Assembly (NCBI RefSeq): GCF_963921235.1 | Contig: NC_086106.1 | Span: 102,362,001 to 102,426,000, forward strand | Length of the DNA: 64,000 bases | Direction of reading: 5' to 3' | DNA from: Mobula hypostoma | Lineage: Eukaryota | In this document: one piece after another, positions 51,701 to 64,000 of the stretch | Position numbering within the stretch: the first letter of the stretch is position 1 | Layout of the letters: each line of letters begins with the position of its first letter | Notes under the pieces: model-generated | Told to the model about the DNA's origin: nothing | The model's database searches: none | What the model saw: only the letters and a program-made list of their open reading frames with translations | Program-made: the position numbers and the translations under genes

Positions 51701-52729
51701 CAGAGTAAGATTGAGGAGGAGACAATCACACAATCACAATCACATTTGTGTAGAAAGTTACAGGCACAGAATCACAATCACTTCAGTTGGAGCTTGTCAC
51801 CAGGAGTATAAGATCAGGGATTGATCTTAAAGGCTACCAGCTCTTGGGAAACCTGAATTATTTTCCACCCAACCTAAGTTGATTAGGAATGGAAACCTAT
51901 GAGCAGAGTCCCTAAAAGTGTTGTTCCTGGAAGGATTCACAGAACGCAAAATTAATGCACAATGCCACTGTTCACAGCTTTTGTTTTTCTTGACTAAAAT
52001 ATTAGGGCAAGAGTTTTCAAAGATTTCTGACAGCATGGGGCACATTAAGTGTAGTGTGGAAGGTGCAGTTAATATGGGTTTAGTGTAGCATCTGCATACA
52101 GAGCTATTTTAAATAAATTAGATGCCACAGTGGAAGAAAACATCAAGGTCAGTTGCCATTATTTTGGAGAAAAATTTAGTTTCAAATAAAAGAACCATGT
52201 CTTGTTGGAAGACTTTTACAGTGGTCCAAGCATCTGTGCATTGAGTGGAATTTTAAGGAGCAACCCTCCTACCCACTAATATCCAATCTTCCACCTCTCC
52301 ACCTCTCTAGCTCTCAATCTCAGTTCTCTGTCTCTCCAGATGGCCACTGAGGGAATGAGGTACGACAGGATCAAATGTAACTTACAGCTACCTCTACAAG
52401 AACCACTAAAACAAAAGCAGATAATTTCTACCAGCATTTGATGAAAAATCTTCTACTTTAGCAACACAACATGAATATTCATTAACTTGAAATGTTAACT
52501 CTTTCTTTCTTTGCAGATGTAGACTGAGTTGCTGAATATTTCCAGCTTTTTAATATCACAAATAATTATTGGTTCTGGAAAAGTTAATGCTACCATAAAG
52601 TGTCTGCTTGTTCTTTTCAAACCCAAAAGAAAAAACAAAGAAGTCAAGGTCAGCTGATGCTCTTTTTATTTTTTAAAAATAAAACATCTTGGTTAGATAA
52701 GATTTTAACATCATAAACCATTGGGTTGT

Positions 52730-53120
52730 TGTTATATGTCTTCCACTCGCATTGAAAATGGGGGGACACCCCTCTCTCTAAGAGAGAGAGAGAACCTGTG
52801 GTTTGTCGAATGTCGGATGAAATGCGAAGCCTTTGAGGTAACTTTGGTCTGTGTCTTTGCTATTGCTTAGCACACGCTTGGGCTTGGTGACGGTACCGAT
52901 GCGCTTTTTTTTGCTGGTGGGGGGAGGGGGGATCGTTGCTTGCTGCCGCTTAGGTGTGGGAGGGGGGAGCTGGGGAGGGACTTTGGGGTTCTCACGTTCA
53001 TCTGTCGTTCATTCTTTGGGGCACTTCTCTGTTTTCACAGATGTTTGCGAAGAAAAAGCATTTCAGGATGTATATAGTATACATTTCTCTGACATTAAAT
53101 TAGACCTGTGAACCTTTGAA
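52730..53120 (+). mobile_element. Non-autonomous SINE-like repeat (same family as 740-2765)
   Basis: Shared internal motifs and a TGAACCTTTGAA tail. Confidence 0.6.
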
Positions 53121-53214
53121 GTACATCTTACTGCTCATCAGACTATTGGTAAACCACAGGGGATATGAAGCTTCTCAAAAAAGGACAGAGAAAGATACTA
53201 TGACTTCACAAAGT

Positions 53215-56100
53215 AAAAGAGTTATAGAATACTACAACACAGAAACAGGCCCTTCGGCCCATCTGGTCCATGCTGAATCGTAATCTGCCTGGTCCCATCA
53301 ACCTGCACCCGGACCATAGCCCTCTATACCTCCCCATGTACCTATCCAAATTTTTCTTAAATGTTGAAATCAAACCCACATCCACCACTTGCACTGGCAG
53401 TTCGTTCCACACTCCTACCATTCTTTGAGTGTGGAAGTTCTCTCTCATGTTCCCCTGAAACATTTCACCTTTCACCCTTAAACCATGATCTCCAGTTAAA
53501 GTCTCACCCTACTTCCGTGGAAAAATCTTGCTTGCATTAACCTGATCTATACCCCTCATAATTTTGTACACCTCTATCAAATCTCCCCTCATCAACTTCT
53601 TACAAGAATTCAATGTAAAATCCCAACTCCTGTACTCCATACATTGATTTATGAAGAACAATGTGACAAAAACTCCCATTTACTGCCAGATCTACCTATG
53701 GCACCACTTTCAAGAAATTATGGATCTGTATTCTTAGATCGCTTTGTTCTACCACACTCCCTACTACTCACCGTGTAAAAGCTACCCTGGTTAGTCCTTC
53801 CAAAGTGCAACACCTCTCACTTGTCTGCATTAACTTCCATCTACCATTTTACACACCATTTTTCCAGCTGAGATCTTGATGCAAGCTCTGGTAGTCAAAA
53901 AATCCATTTTAAGTCTCCCCCATCACTTTCAGCTCCACACATATGTTACCTCTCTGATCTTCCAGGGGACCAATTTTGTCTCTTGCTATCCTTTTGCTCT
54001 CAATATATCTGTAGAAGTCGTTTATGATTCTCCTTCACATTGTCTGCTAGAGCAACCTCATGCCTTCTTTTAGCCCTCTTGATTTCTTTAAGTGTATTCT
54101 TGCATTTCATATACACTTTAAGCACCTAATTTGTTCCTGTCTGCCTATTGCTATGCACATTCTTCTTTTTCTTAACCAGGGCCTGAAAATCTCTCAAACC
54201 AAGCTTTACTAAACCTGTTATCCTTGCCTTTTATTCTGACAGGAACATACAAACCATGTACTCTCAAAATTTTACTTTTGAAGGCCTCCCACTTACCAAG
54301 TACACCTTTGCCAGAAAACAACCTGTCCCAATCCATACTTGCCAGACGCCTTCTGGTACCATCACAATTGGCCTTTCTCCAATTTAGAATCTCAAGCTAA
54401 GGACAAGGCCTTTCTTTTCCCATAATTATCTTGAAATTAATGGCATTGTTATCACTGAATGCAAAGTGTTCCCCTACAGAAACTTCTGTCACTTGCCCTG
54501 TCTCATTCCCAATTAGGAGATCTAGTATCACATGCTCTCTCTTTGGAACTTCTACGTACTGATTAAGGAAAGTTTTCTGAACACATTTGACAATTCTTTC
54601 TCATCCAGCCCTTTACAGTATGGGAGTCCCAGTCAATATGTGGAAAGCTAAAATCATCTACTTTAACAACCTTGTGTTTCTTGCAATAGTCTGTGATCTT
54701 CCTACCAATTTGGTCCCCTAAGTCCTGCAGACTGTTAGGAGGTCTATAACATAACCCCATTAATATGGTCATCCCCTTCTTATTCCCCATTTCTACCCAT
54801 AAAGCCTCACTAGATGAGCTCTATAGTCTGCCCTGCCTGAGCACTGTCATGTCACCCTGACTAGTAATGCCACCCCTCCCCTTTTAATACCCCTCTCCAC
54901 TCTATCACGTCTAAAACAATGGAACCCCAGAACACAGAGCTGCCAGTGCTGCCCTTCCTGCAACCAAGCCTCACTAATGGCTACAACGTTATAATTCTAC
55001 ATCCTGACCTTTTCTCTAAGCTCATATGCCTTTCCTACAAAACACCACCCAGCTCAGAACTTATGTTCCACCATGCTCTACCTTTTGATTCCTGACTTTG
55101 TATGCAGGCTTAACAACATCTTTCTCCACAACCACTCTCTGGCACTTCGGTAGCACATCCATGCAACTCAAATTTAAGCACCTCCGCCCTCCACCCGCCC
55201 CACGTAGCACTAGCAAGCCTTCCCACTAGGATATTAGACACCACCCCCCAACTTCAAGTGGAACTGTCCCTTTTGTACAGGTCCCACTTTCCATGGAATA
55301 GAATCCAGTGATCCAAAAGTCTGAAGCCCTCTCTCCTGCACCATTTCCTAATCCACATGTTGAACTGCAGGATCTTCCTGTTTCTGGGCTCAGTAGCATG
55401 TGGCACAAGTAGCACTCCTGACATCCCACCCTCCCTCTGAAGAATGCTGTGGTCTCAATCTGAGATGTCCCTGATCCTGATACCCAGGAGGCAACATAAC
55501 ATCCAGGAATCTTGTCCTCATCCACAGAAACTCCTTTCCTTTCCCCTAAACAACAATTCAATACAGCTTGCCTCTCCTCCACCCTTCCCTTCTGAGCCAC
55601 AGAGCCAGACTTGGTGCCAGAGACCTGACCACTGTAGCTTTCCTCTAAGTCCTTTTCCCCCTCCCCCAACAGTATCCAAAGTAGTATACCTGTTGTTCAG
55701 CGGAACAGCCACAGGTGTACTCTGCATTGGCTGACTATCCCCTTTCCCCCTCCTGACAGTCACCTAGTTACCTGTGATCTGTACCTTAGTGGTAACTACC
55801 TTCTTGGGTGCCTTGTCTCCGGAATGATCTTGAGCTTATCCAGTTCTTTAACACTGTCTGTTAGAAGCTGCAGCTGGATGCACTTCTTACAGCTGTAGTT
55901 GTCAGGAGCACTGGAGCTTCCCTGCCTTCCCACATCCCGCGAGGAGCATTTCACTATCTTGCCTGGCAACCCCATTGCTCTAAGTATGCAATAAGAAGAA
56001 AGGAAGAATAGATAAGGGAAAAAAAATCTACCCACATCTCTCCTTGCCAAAGCCTCAACTCTCAACACTAACACTGGACAGTCACAAAATGGCCACTCCA
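53215..56100 (-). mobile_element. Old CR1 retaining ORF1 and endonuclease remnants, with most of RT deleted
   Basis: ORF1 pieces (PDNYSCKKCIQLQLL zinc-finger-like; TPVAVPLNNRYTTLDTVGG), EN pieces (LMGLCYRPPNS, DDFSFPHIDWD) and 3' end (NFHTQRMVGVWNELP). Only ~2.9 kb long, with a junction near 53900. Confidence 0.85.
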
Positions 56101-57270
56101 CTTAAACCTAACTTCCTTTTTTTTATTAGATCTTGCAATTATGTGCAATCCAATATCTAGTTGGGAGCTGTGACATGCAAAATGTGCCAATTGCTCCACT
56201 TGCATCTTTTAAACTCTTTCTCCCTCTATGCAAGCAGTTCTTCAGTGTATATTACAGTATAATTGAAAACAAATCTCAAAGTGCATCACTTACAAAAATT
56301 GCTCTAAAGATAGTTAGAAGTATCTTCAATTTTATCAAATTATTAATTTGTTGACAAATTTTGCCTAGAAATTCTCAAAAGAAATGGAATTATCAGTCAG
56401 GGTAAGTTGAGTGAGAACACTGGTGAAAATGTTAGGAGGATTATTTTCTCCAAATAGTGCCCAAAAGTACTTCATTCATCTGAGCAAGAGGAACAAGAAA
56501 ATAGAACAACAGCTTAAAGTCAAATTCAGGAATGGCACCTCTAAGTCCAAAATTTTATTGATTTCCACAGAATTGTTTTTAGTGGTATATCCCTGGTTCA
56601 CAACTGCAGTAGTACATACAAACTGAGAACAAATGTCTAAGATTCAGTGGAAAAGATGCAAGTTGATTAATAGAGGTGTGATGTATGAAGAAAGAAACAG
56701 AGTACTAAAGTAAGGAAATTACACTGAATCTTTATAGTGTATTGATTAGCTTTATCTGCTGTATGGTGAACGTTTCTGAGCCCCACACTAAGAAAGCCTT
56801 TTATAACTTTTGAGTGGGTTTGGATGATATTTACCACAAAGATACCCGAGATAACATGTACAAAATGCTGGAGGAACTCAGCAAGCCAGGCAGCATCTAT
56901 GGAAAGGAATAAAGAGTTAATGTTTCAGGCCAACTCCCTTCATCAGGGCCAGAAATTTGACTTTTTAAGTAGAAAGATGAGACAAACTGGAGTTGTTTCT
57001 CTCAGAGGAGAAAAGGTTAAGGTCAAATTTGAAAAATGTGTTCAATGTCTGGAAGTATTAAGATGAACTAAAGAGAAACTGTGTCCAGTGGAAGAAGGTT
57101 CAGTAAATTGAGGTCACACATTTAAAGCAATTGGAACTAGATCCAAAAGCAATGATAAAACATACCTTGAACAGCATATTTTTGAAATCTGCAATGCATG
57201 CCTGAAATAGTGGTAGATGGAGATCCAATAATGAAAAGTAATTGGATAAGCACTAGCAGAGGACAAAATG

Positions 57271-58093
57271 CAGAAGATTCCATTTAATTGGGCCATTGGT
57301 TAATCAAGGCAGCCACTTATTTGGGACAAATCTTAAAGAACAAAATCTAATTGAGAAAATAACCAGGATTTATTTTGTTTATTCGGGACATTATGCCACT
57401 AATTGGGACAGGATATGTTGCCGAATAACTTTTAACTCGCACCAGTCACGTGCATTTGTGTGGCTGTTAGACATTACAGTGAACAGTTTTAAAGATCATC
57501 AGTTGCATGTGTTTGTATTCAAAAAGCAGTGATTTTTGTCACTAATAGTTAGCGAGAAGTAAGCAGCAAGACATTTCTGAACTGTTTGCTCACTGCAGTT
57601 TCAAGCATTTAGGCTTGGAGATGCCAGAAATGGCTGGAAATGAAAATAAGAGTGAACTTCAACAAGTTAGGACCTATGAAGAATTTGAAAGTATCAACAG
57701 TCAACTTGAGTGTTAGAATGAATATGGAGGATATGGAGAATACTTGGAGGATGCAATTGTCAAAATCCTTGTATGAAGGCAGTTCATTATCTGCACTAGA
57801 TGTCTGTGATGATTTTGTTCATTTAGAGTCAATCAAAAGAACATGGCAACATTCACTGGATGATATCCTCTGTTGATAGCTATTATGAACACAGTTTTAA
57901 AGTACTGTCGTAGTGTTGGTTGTGCTCCAATTTGTTCTGTATTTCATTTAAATACATAATTTTTTACTGAGTTAAATAGTGATTTTTTATATCTTTTTAC
58001 CTATTTTCATGAAACTTCAGCTAGTTGGGGCAGCCGCTTAATTGGGCTCAAATGTATTTGTCCTGATGTGTCCCATTTAACCAGAATCCACTG
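57271..58093 (+). mobile_element. Tigger/pogo-type non-autonomous DNA transposon nested in an old CR1 fragment (~56640-58200)
   Basis: Imperfect TIRs CAGAAGATTCCATTTAATTGGGCC (57271) and GTCCCATTTAACCAGAATCCACTG (58093); subterminal GCAGCC.CTTA.TTGGG repeats at both ends; decayed internal NC..HC.F-like remnant. Confidence 0.7.
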
Positions 58094-59398
58094 TGTGCAG
58101 GAGATTGGAATGGGGTTGAGAGACTCTTTGGCTAGCATTTTCAAAGAATTCAAACAGGCATAATAGGCCAAATTGACTTTTTCTGTGTCGCTTCATGCTC
58201 TGTGATATGGTTAGCAGTTTGCTTCTTTGGTTTCTGTAGTCTAGACTGTACTCTAATCTCCATGGAGCCCAGCTTCAAAATCAAGTACAATGCCCAGACA
58301 CAACTGTAATGCGTGTTTAGTGGAAGTAATCAAGAATGAATTTCTGCTCCTACTTCTGCTAGGAATTTTTTTTATTGCTCCAGTGGTAGAAATAATAGTT
58401 AGAGCATTCTTCCATTTATCAGTTACAGTTCGCATATTCACTTTGTGGAATTAAATGTGTCTGTTGCCTTAGAAGTGCTGATATAGAAGTGTTACAAACC
58501 CTGCCAACTGAAGACCACAAGATATTCAGAATCCACAGAACCCTAATCACCATCAGGATTTAGCACATGCACTTGTTTTTGTGAAGCAGAAATATACTTG
58601 CATGTATTTAAACAGTAATACAGTTGGAATATATATTGATACAATTATTTTAAGTGAATTACATTTAATGATATATCATTAATTACATACCTGGCTTCAC
58701 TTCTGATTGCATAAACAAAAATACTGAGGCAATTTTGTGAAAGTAATTTCACTTGCATTTTCTGCTGGATGATGACAACTCGGGATTTGCAAAGTGGCAG
58801 CAAAATATAATTTCTAGAATTCTTTGGTTTTATTTGTATTGATTAATTAAGAGCCAGATACCCTTTAGCAGAGAGAGAATTATTGAATAACTGAAAGCTT
58901 TTGAATTTGTCAGCAAATGGTTTTGACTGCTATGTAATAAATTTGCCCTGTGCTGCTTTTTGGCTGCTGCTGTTTGCAGACTTCAATTGCCAGGATCCTC
59001 TCTTCCTGAGCTCAGGCACATCAAAATGTTTGTTCTTCTGTTTAGCCAGGTTGTGGAACATACAGCTGACTGTGAAGATGTGACTTAAAAGGTTCCATTT
59101 ATTTAGACCACTTTGGGATTTTTGAATAAAGTCTAAATATTGAATATTTATTGTAGTGTGGCAGATGCTCTTTTTGTTATTAAATGCACATCACTGGACC
59201 AGGGTTCTCTGCTTAGTCAGTGGATTGCATGTTTTTCAGCATTTCACCTTCAGATTTGTCCTTGTGACTACTTTCTTAAGGTTGTTATAGCTGGTGGGGC
59301 GGGGGGGGGGAGGTAGTGGGGATAAACTTCCACTACCTATTAAATGCTCCGAGTGGCATGCACCTCTGACAATCAAGTCCAGCTCCTGGCTTTTATGT

Positions 59399-61375
59399 AA
59401 ACACAAAATACTCTTCAGATGCTGGGGTCAAAGCAACACTCACAACACGCTGGGGGAACTCAGCAGGTCGGGCAGCATCCGTGGAAACAATCAGTCAACG
59501 TTTTGGGCCAGAACCCTTCGTCAGGACTGAAAAGGGAAGGGGCAGAGGCCCTATAAAGAAGGTGGGGGGAGGGTGGGAAGGAGAAGGCTGGTAGGTTCCA
59601 GGTGAAAAACCAGTAAGAGGAAAAATAAAGGGGTGGGGGAAGGGAGGCAGGGAGGTGATGGGCAGGAAAGGTGAAGAAGGAATAGGGGAAAATACAATGG
59701 GTAGTAGAAGGAGGCGGAACCATGAGAGAGGTGATAGGCAGCTGGGGGAGGGGGCAGAGTTAAATAGGGTTAGGGGAAGGGAGGGGGAGGGAATTACCGG
59801 AAGTTGGAGAATTCTGTGTTCATACCAAGGGGCTGGAGACTACCTAGATGGTATATGAGGCGTTGCTCCTCCAACCTGAGTTTAGCCTCATCATGGCAGT
59901 ACAGGAGTCTGGCGGACGGACCTCTACCTCACTGAGGCCAAACGGCAGCTCTCTGACACCTCCTCTTACTTACCCCTGGAACAGGACTCCACCAAAAAAC
60001 ATCAAACAATGGTCTCCCGTACCATCACTGCCCTTATCAACTCCGGAGACCTTCCATCCTCAGCTGCTAAACTCATAATTCCCACACCCTGTACCACTCG
60101 GTTTTACCTCCTCCCCAAGATCCACAAGCCTGACTGTCCCGGTAGTCCCATAGTTTCTGCCTGCTTCTGTACCACTGAACTTGTATCTGCCTACCTGGAC
60201 TCCATTTTGTCACCCATAGATCAGTCCCTCCCCACCTACATCAGGGATACATCCCATGCCCTCCACCTCTTCAATAACTTCCAGTTCCCCGGTCCCGACC
60301 GCTTCATTTTCACTATGGATGTCCAATCCTTATACACCTCTGTTCCCCATCAAGAAGGCCTCAAAGCCCTCTGCTACTTTCTGGATAATAGACCTCACCA
60401 GTTCCCCACCACCACTACCCTCCTCTGGTTGGCGGAACTGGTACTCACACTTAATAATTTCTCTTTTGGCTCTTCCCACTTTCTTCAGACTAAGGGTGTA
60501 GCTATGGGAACTCACATGGGCCCTAGCTATGCCTGCCTCTTTGTTGGTTATGTGGAACAGTCTGTGCTCCAAACCTATTCTGGTACTGCTCCCTAACTTT
60601 TCCTTCGGTACATTGACGACTACATTGGTGCTGCTTCCTGCACCCATGCTGAGCTTGTCAATTTCATCAACTTTACTTCAAACTTCCACCCAGCCCTCAA
60701 ATTCACTTGGTCTATCTCGGACACTTCTCTCCCCTTTCTCGATCTCTCGTTCTCCATCTCTGGATGCAGACTGTCCCCTGACATCTTCTACAAGCCCACT
60801 GACTCTCATAACTACCTCAACTATACCTCTTCCCACCCCGCCACATGCAAAAATGCCATTCCCTATTCCCAGTTCCTCCGTCTCCCCTGCATCTGCTCCC
60901 AGGATGAGGCTTTCCGTTCCAGGACATCTCAAATGTCCTCTTTCTTTAAGGATCGTGGTTTCCCTTCTGCTGTTATCAATAATGCCCTCACCCGCATCTC
61001 CTCCATTTCCCACACTTCGGCCCTCACCCCATCTTCCCGCCACCACAACAGGGACAGAGTTCCCCTTGTCCTCACCTACCACCCCACCAGCCTCCGGATC
61101 CAGCACATTATCCTCCGCAACTTCCGCCACCTTCAACAGGACCCCACCACTAAGTACATCTTTCTCTCTCCAACCCTCTCCGCTTTCCGCAGGGATCGGT
61201 CCCTCTGCAACTCCCTGATCCACACGTCCCTCCCCACAGATCTCCCACCCGGCACTTATCCCTGTAAGAGTAGGTGCTACACCTGTCCCTACACCTCCTC
61301 TCTTGCCACCATTCAGGTCGTTTCCACAGATCCTGCCCGACCTGCTGAGTTCCTCCAGCGTGTTATGAGTGTTGC
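59399..61375 (+). mobile_element. Penelope-like retroelement: inverted 5' terminal repeat + RT ORF with one nonsense codon, GIY-YIG deleted
   Basis: ORF 60009..60596 (RFYLLPKIHKPDCPG.PIVS, TMDVQSLYTSVPH, QTKGVAMGTHMGPSYA) stops at TAA 60594-60596 and continues in the same frame as LFLRYIDDYIG... into ORF 60933 up to CKSRCYTCPY..TIQ. 59399-59905 is an inverted copy of the 3' end. TSD CCTGGCTTTTA(T/C)GT at 59385-59398 and 61376-61389. Confidence 0.93.
59491..59530 (-). ncRNA. Minimal type-I hammerhead ribozyme motif (mutated) in Penelope terminal repeat
   Basis: Minus strand TCAGTC-CTGACGA-A-GGGT[TCTG]GCCC-AAAAC-GTT-GACTGA: stem I 6 bp and stem II intact; G12>A and C17>U look like CpG decay. 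Confidence 0.65.
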
Positions 61376-62857
61376 CCTGGCTTTTACGTGTGACCTAGCT
61401 ATTAAACCCGGTGGAACTGTTTCTACTGACAGGAGAAGGGGCAAAGATGGACTACTGGCACCTTAAAACCAGCTGATTTGGGCAGATGAGACGTGTCATC
61501 TGAGGTTGGCAGCTTACCCTAGGAGAGGAAAACTCTTATTTCAAACCTTGGTTGCCTTGTAGTTATGCGCACTCATGATGGAGGCTTTGGGAGTAAACTC
61601 CAAGGCATAATCTGGAGCTGGAGTCCCTAGGCAGTCCTATGTTGAGTTCAAGGCTGACTGGCAAGCCCTGAGACATTGCAGGTATCGGTCTCTGCCATTC
61701 CTTTGGGTTCAACATCTGCATGGAGAGGGGGAGCCTTCTGCATGGGCAACAACTTGTTCTCCATATTGTACTGCAATAGCTTGCATATCACATCAACAGT
61801 TAGGACGCAACATCCATGGTCGACCTCCTCACCTTTGGACCACAGCATGGGCTCTGAAAATGCATCTTGCTCTGAGTCAAACTCAGCTGAGTATCAAACT
61901 TGTTTTGTATAAAAGTTGGATTGCAAACATTTTATGGTGGAGATACCTCTATCAATGAATCCAGGGTGCAATGGCATTCAGACTCCAGCATTACTCATGG
62001 GTGGTTAGGTCAAATGGGAATGGTCAGACAAATAGAGATCTGACTTTAAGAACTCAATGGAAAAGCAACTGAATAAAAGAAGACAAATTTCTCAATGGCT
62101 GTGATGAATAATGAAAATGACAACAGCTCTTAGAGTGAAAGGCAAAGAAAATGTAACCGTTTGCAGTCAACCATGACATATGGTGCCCTTTAGTGCTACT
62201 TGGGCCATTTTATAATGTAATTTACCCCTTACAGTCCCAGGATGTCACCAATCTCCTGAAGGACGTGTCCCTCAAAGCCTGATGGAGGTGTACTTCCAAA
62301 GGCCCTAAAATAAGGAACCACAGGTAATGGATACCTCAGTCAATCTATCTCACAACCCCTTTCCACCCAGTTGGTGTGTCTCATCATGCCATTGAGATGA
62401 TGCAAGACAGCAAGGATCACAACTTTTCCGAGGAATTCTACAAAGCTGGAGATGAGCATTTGATCAACCTCAAGATTTTTGATTTGGAATCATAAGGAAA
62501 ATACTGTTGGTTTGAAGATTGCTAAAACTGTCAGCATTGTCAAGGAGGGAGTGACGGTGGGTCTATTGAAATGCTTCAGAGCTGGGAAAGTAGTGGCTTA
62601 CCCGTGAACAGACTCTTCCTCATTTCTGAATGTATCTTCACAGTGTGGGTTAAGACCAACAAGACAAGAAAACAATTTCTGCCGCTAGGGAACTACAAGA
62701 TAAACATTTAGAACAATACCAGGGTCTGTTTGTGGTTTTCTTTGATTGCATTTTTATGCTTTTAATTTTGTTAACCATGAATCTCCGTGGATAGTTCTCA
62801 CTTCCCACATTGTGGGTATCCTATATTATCACTTATCTACCATGGCTCTGTGGATGG

Positions 62858-63425
62858 ATAACGCACACAAAATGCTGGAGGAACTCAGCACGTCTGGCAG
62901 CATCTGTAGAACATCCTTGGCATGGAGGAGAAACACATTATGTTTTGTCTGGGTACCCTCCAACCAGATGGCATGAATATTGATTTCTCCTTCTGGTGAA
63001 CAAACTTCCCCCTCCCCCACCCCACCCCCCATTTCCCCAATTGAACTTTCTTATCTGCCTATTACTTATCCCTGCATTCCCTCCTCCTTCCCTTTCTCCT
63101 ATTGTCTATTCTCCTCTCCTATCAGATTCTTCCTTCTCAAGCCCTTGACCTTTCCCACCCACCTGGCTTCACCTATCACCTTCCAGTTAGCCTCTTTCCT
63201 ATCCTCCACCTTTTTATTCAGGTAGCTTCCCCCTTCCTCCTCAGTCATGAGACATCTCGGCCTGGAGTGTCGACTGTTTACTCTTTTCCAAAGATGCTGC
63301 CTGAGCTGCTCAGTTCCTCCAGTATTTTGTGTGTGTTGCTTTGGATTTCCAGCATCTGCATATTACTCATGTTTGTGATCTATGGAAAGAGTCAATGTTT
63401 TGGGCCGGGACCCTTCGTAAGGATC
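62858..63425 (+). mobile_element. Penelope 3' fragment with inverted terminal repeats
   Basis: Inverted repeat start (ACACAAAATGCTGGAGGAACTCAGCA), EEKH..LGTLQPDGMNIDFS remnant, pyrimidine-rich UTR, terminal repeat, and a further inverted piece at 63378-63425. Confidence 0.8.
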
Positions 63426-64000
63426 TTGTATGGATAGTTGGATGCAGGAACCAGATCAACCAGATTCTGTCAGCAACAGGATCAAACAAGTTCTGTGTTT
63501 CGTCCCAATCTTCCCAGCACATAGAGAAGAAGGCAGTGTTGGCATCTGGGACATGCCGTTTTCTCATTATTAACATCAGGCAGGAGGTTACACAAGCCTG
63601 AAGATCCATACGCAATGTTTTAGGAACAGTTTCTTTCCCTCCACCTTCTGAGTTCTGAATGAACAGGAACTTCAAGTTGCTATTCCTCTTTTTCTCTATT
63701 TATTTATTTTTGCAATGTAGCAACTTTTAAGTCTTGCCTTGTACTGCTGCCCTGACACAGCAAAACAAATTTCGTCGCATATGTCAGCGATAATAAACTT
63801 AATTCTGATTCTGATTAGTCTTATTGGTGACCAGGATTTCCATTAAATATTGCTTTCATTCAAGGTGGTGTTAACATCCTGGGATCATTGATGTTTTAAC
63901 CATCAGGTTCATGAGCACTATAAAGGTTTTATATATCATAGCCATATACTGCTGGACCAAATTGTTTCATTTCTATCTGTCTGCATGCCAAATCCATTAC

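Larger units (their letters stand above)
59280..61820 (+). mobile_element. RTE-related non-autonomous repeat (59280-59398 + 61376-61820) split by Penelope
   Basis: Sequence is continuous across the 14-bp TSD. GGCAGC..CCTAGGAGAGGAAAACTC resembles RTE 5' regions as I recall them; family call tentative. Confidence 0.4.

Noticed and set aside
60529-61223. 229-aa Ser/Pro-rich (+) and 181-aa Gly/Glu-rich (-) ORFs
   Set aside because: Alternative-frame and antisense shadows of the C-rich Penelope RT ORF.
62222-62330. Plus-strand exon-like segment (CCCCTTACAG|...CACAG|GTAATG)
   Set aside because: Stops in all three frames and no partner exons; may belong to a decayed TE.
1-64000. CRISPR arrays, rRNA/tRNA genes, prokaryotic-style operons or defence systems
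   Set aside because: Sequence is vertebrate intron/intergenic DNA. There are no regularly spaced repeats, and the tRNA-like motifs are decayed SINE heads only.

Overview
Vertebrate genomic DNA. The repeat landscape (abundant CR1, Rex1/Babar, Penelope-like, V-SINE-like and DeuSINE-like elements) suggests a cartilaginous fish, probably a ray or shark; this is an inference. The only host gene I can support is the 5' end of an AMPA-type glutamate receptor gene on the minus strand, most likely gria3. Its signal-peptide exon (32642-32552) and coding exon 2 (32237-32079) lie in a CpG-rich, TE-free island of roughly 26.4-33.4 kb. Bases 1-32078 appear to be part of a giant intron 2, since exon 3 is not visible, and 33-64 kb is upstream intergenic DNA. 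The rest is layered transposon debris, including several nested insertions with readable target-site duplications. The most interesting non-gene signal is a dispersed Penelope terminal repeat whose copies reconstruct a minimal type-I hammerhead ribozyme (CAGUC-CUGAUGA-A-GGGU[CUCG]GCCC-GAAAC-GUC^GACUG), often arranged as fold-back mini-elements. I see no evidence for a wholly novel multi-gene system, and most short ORFs in the track are TE-derived or spurious.
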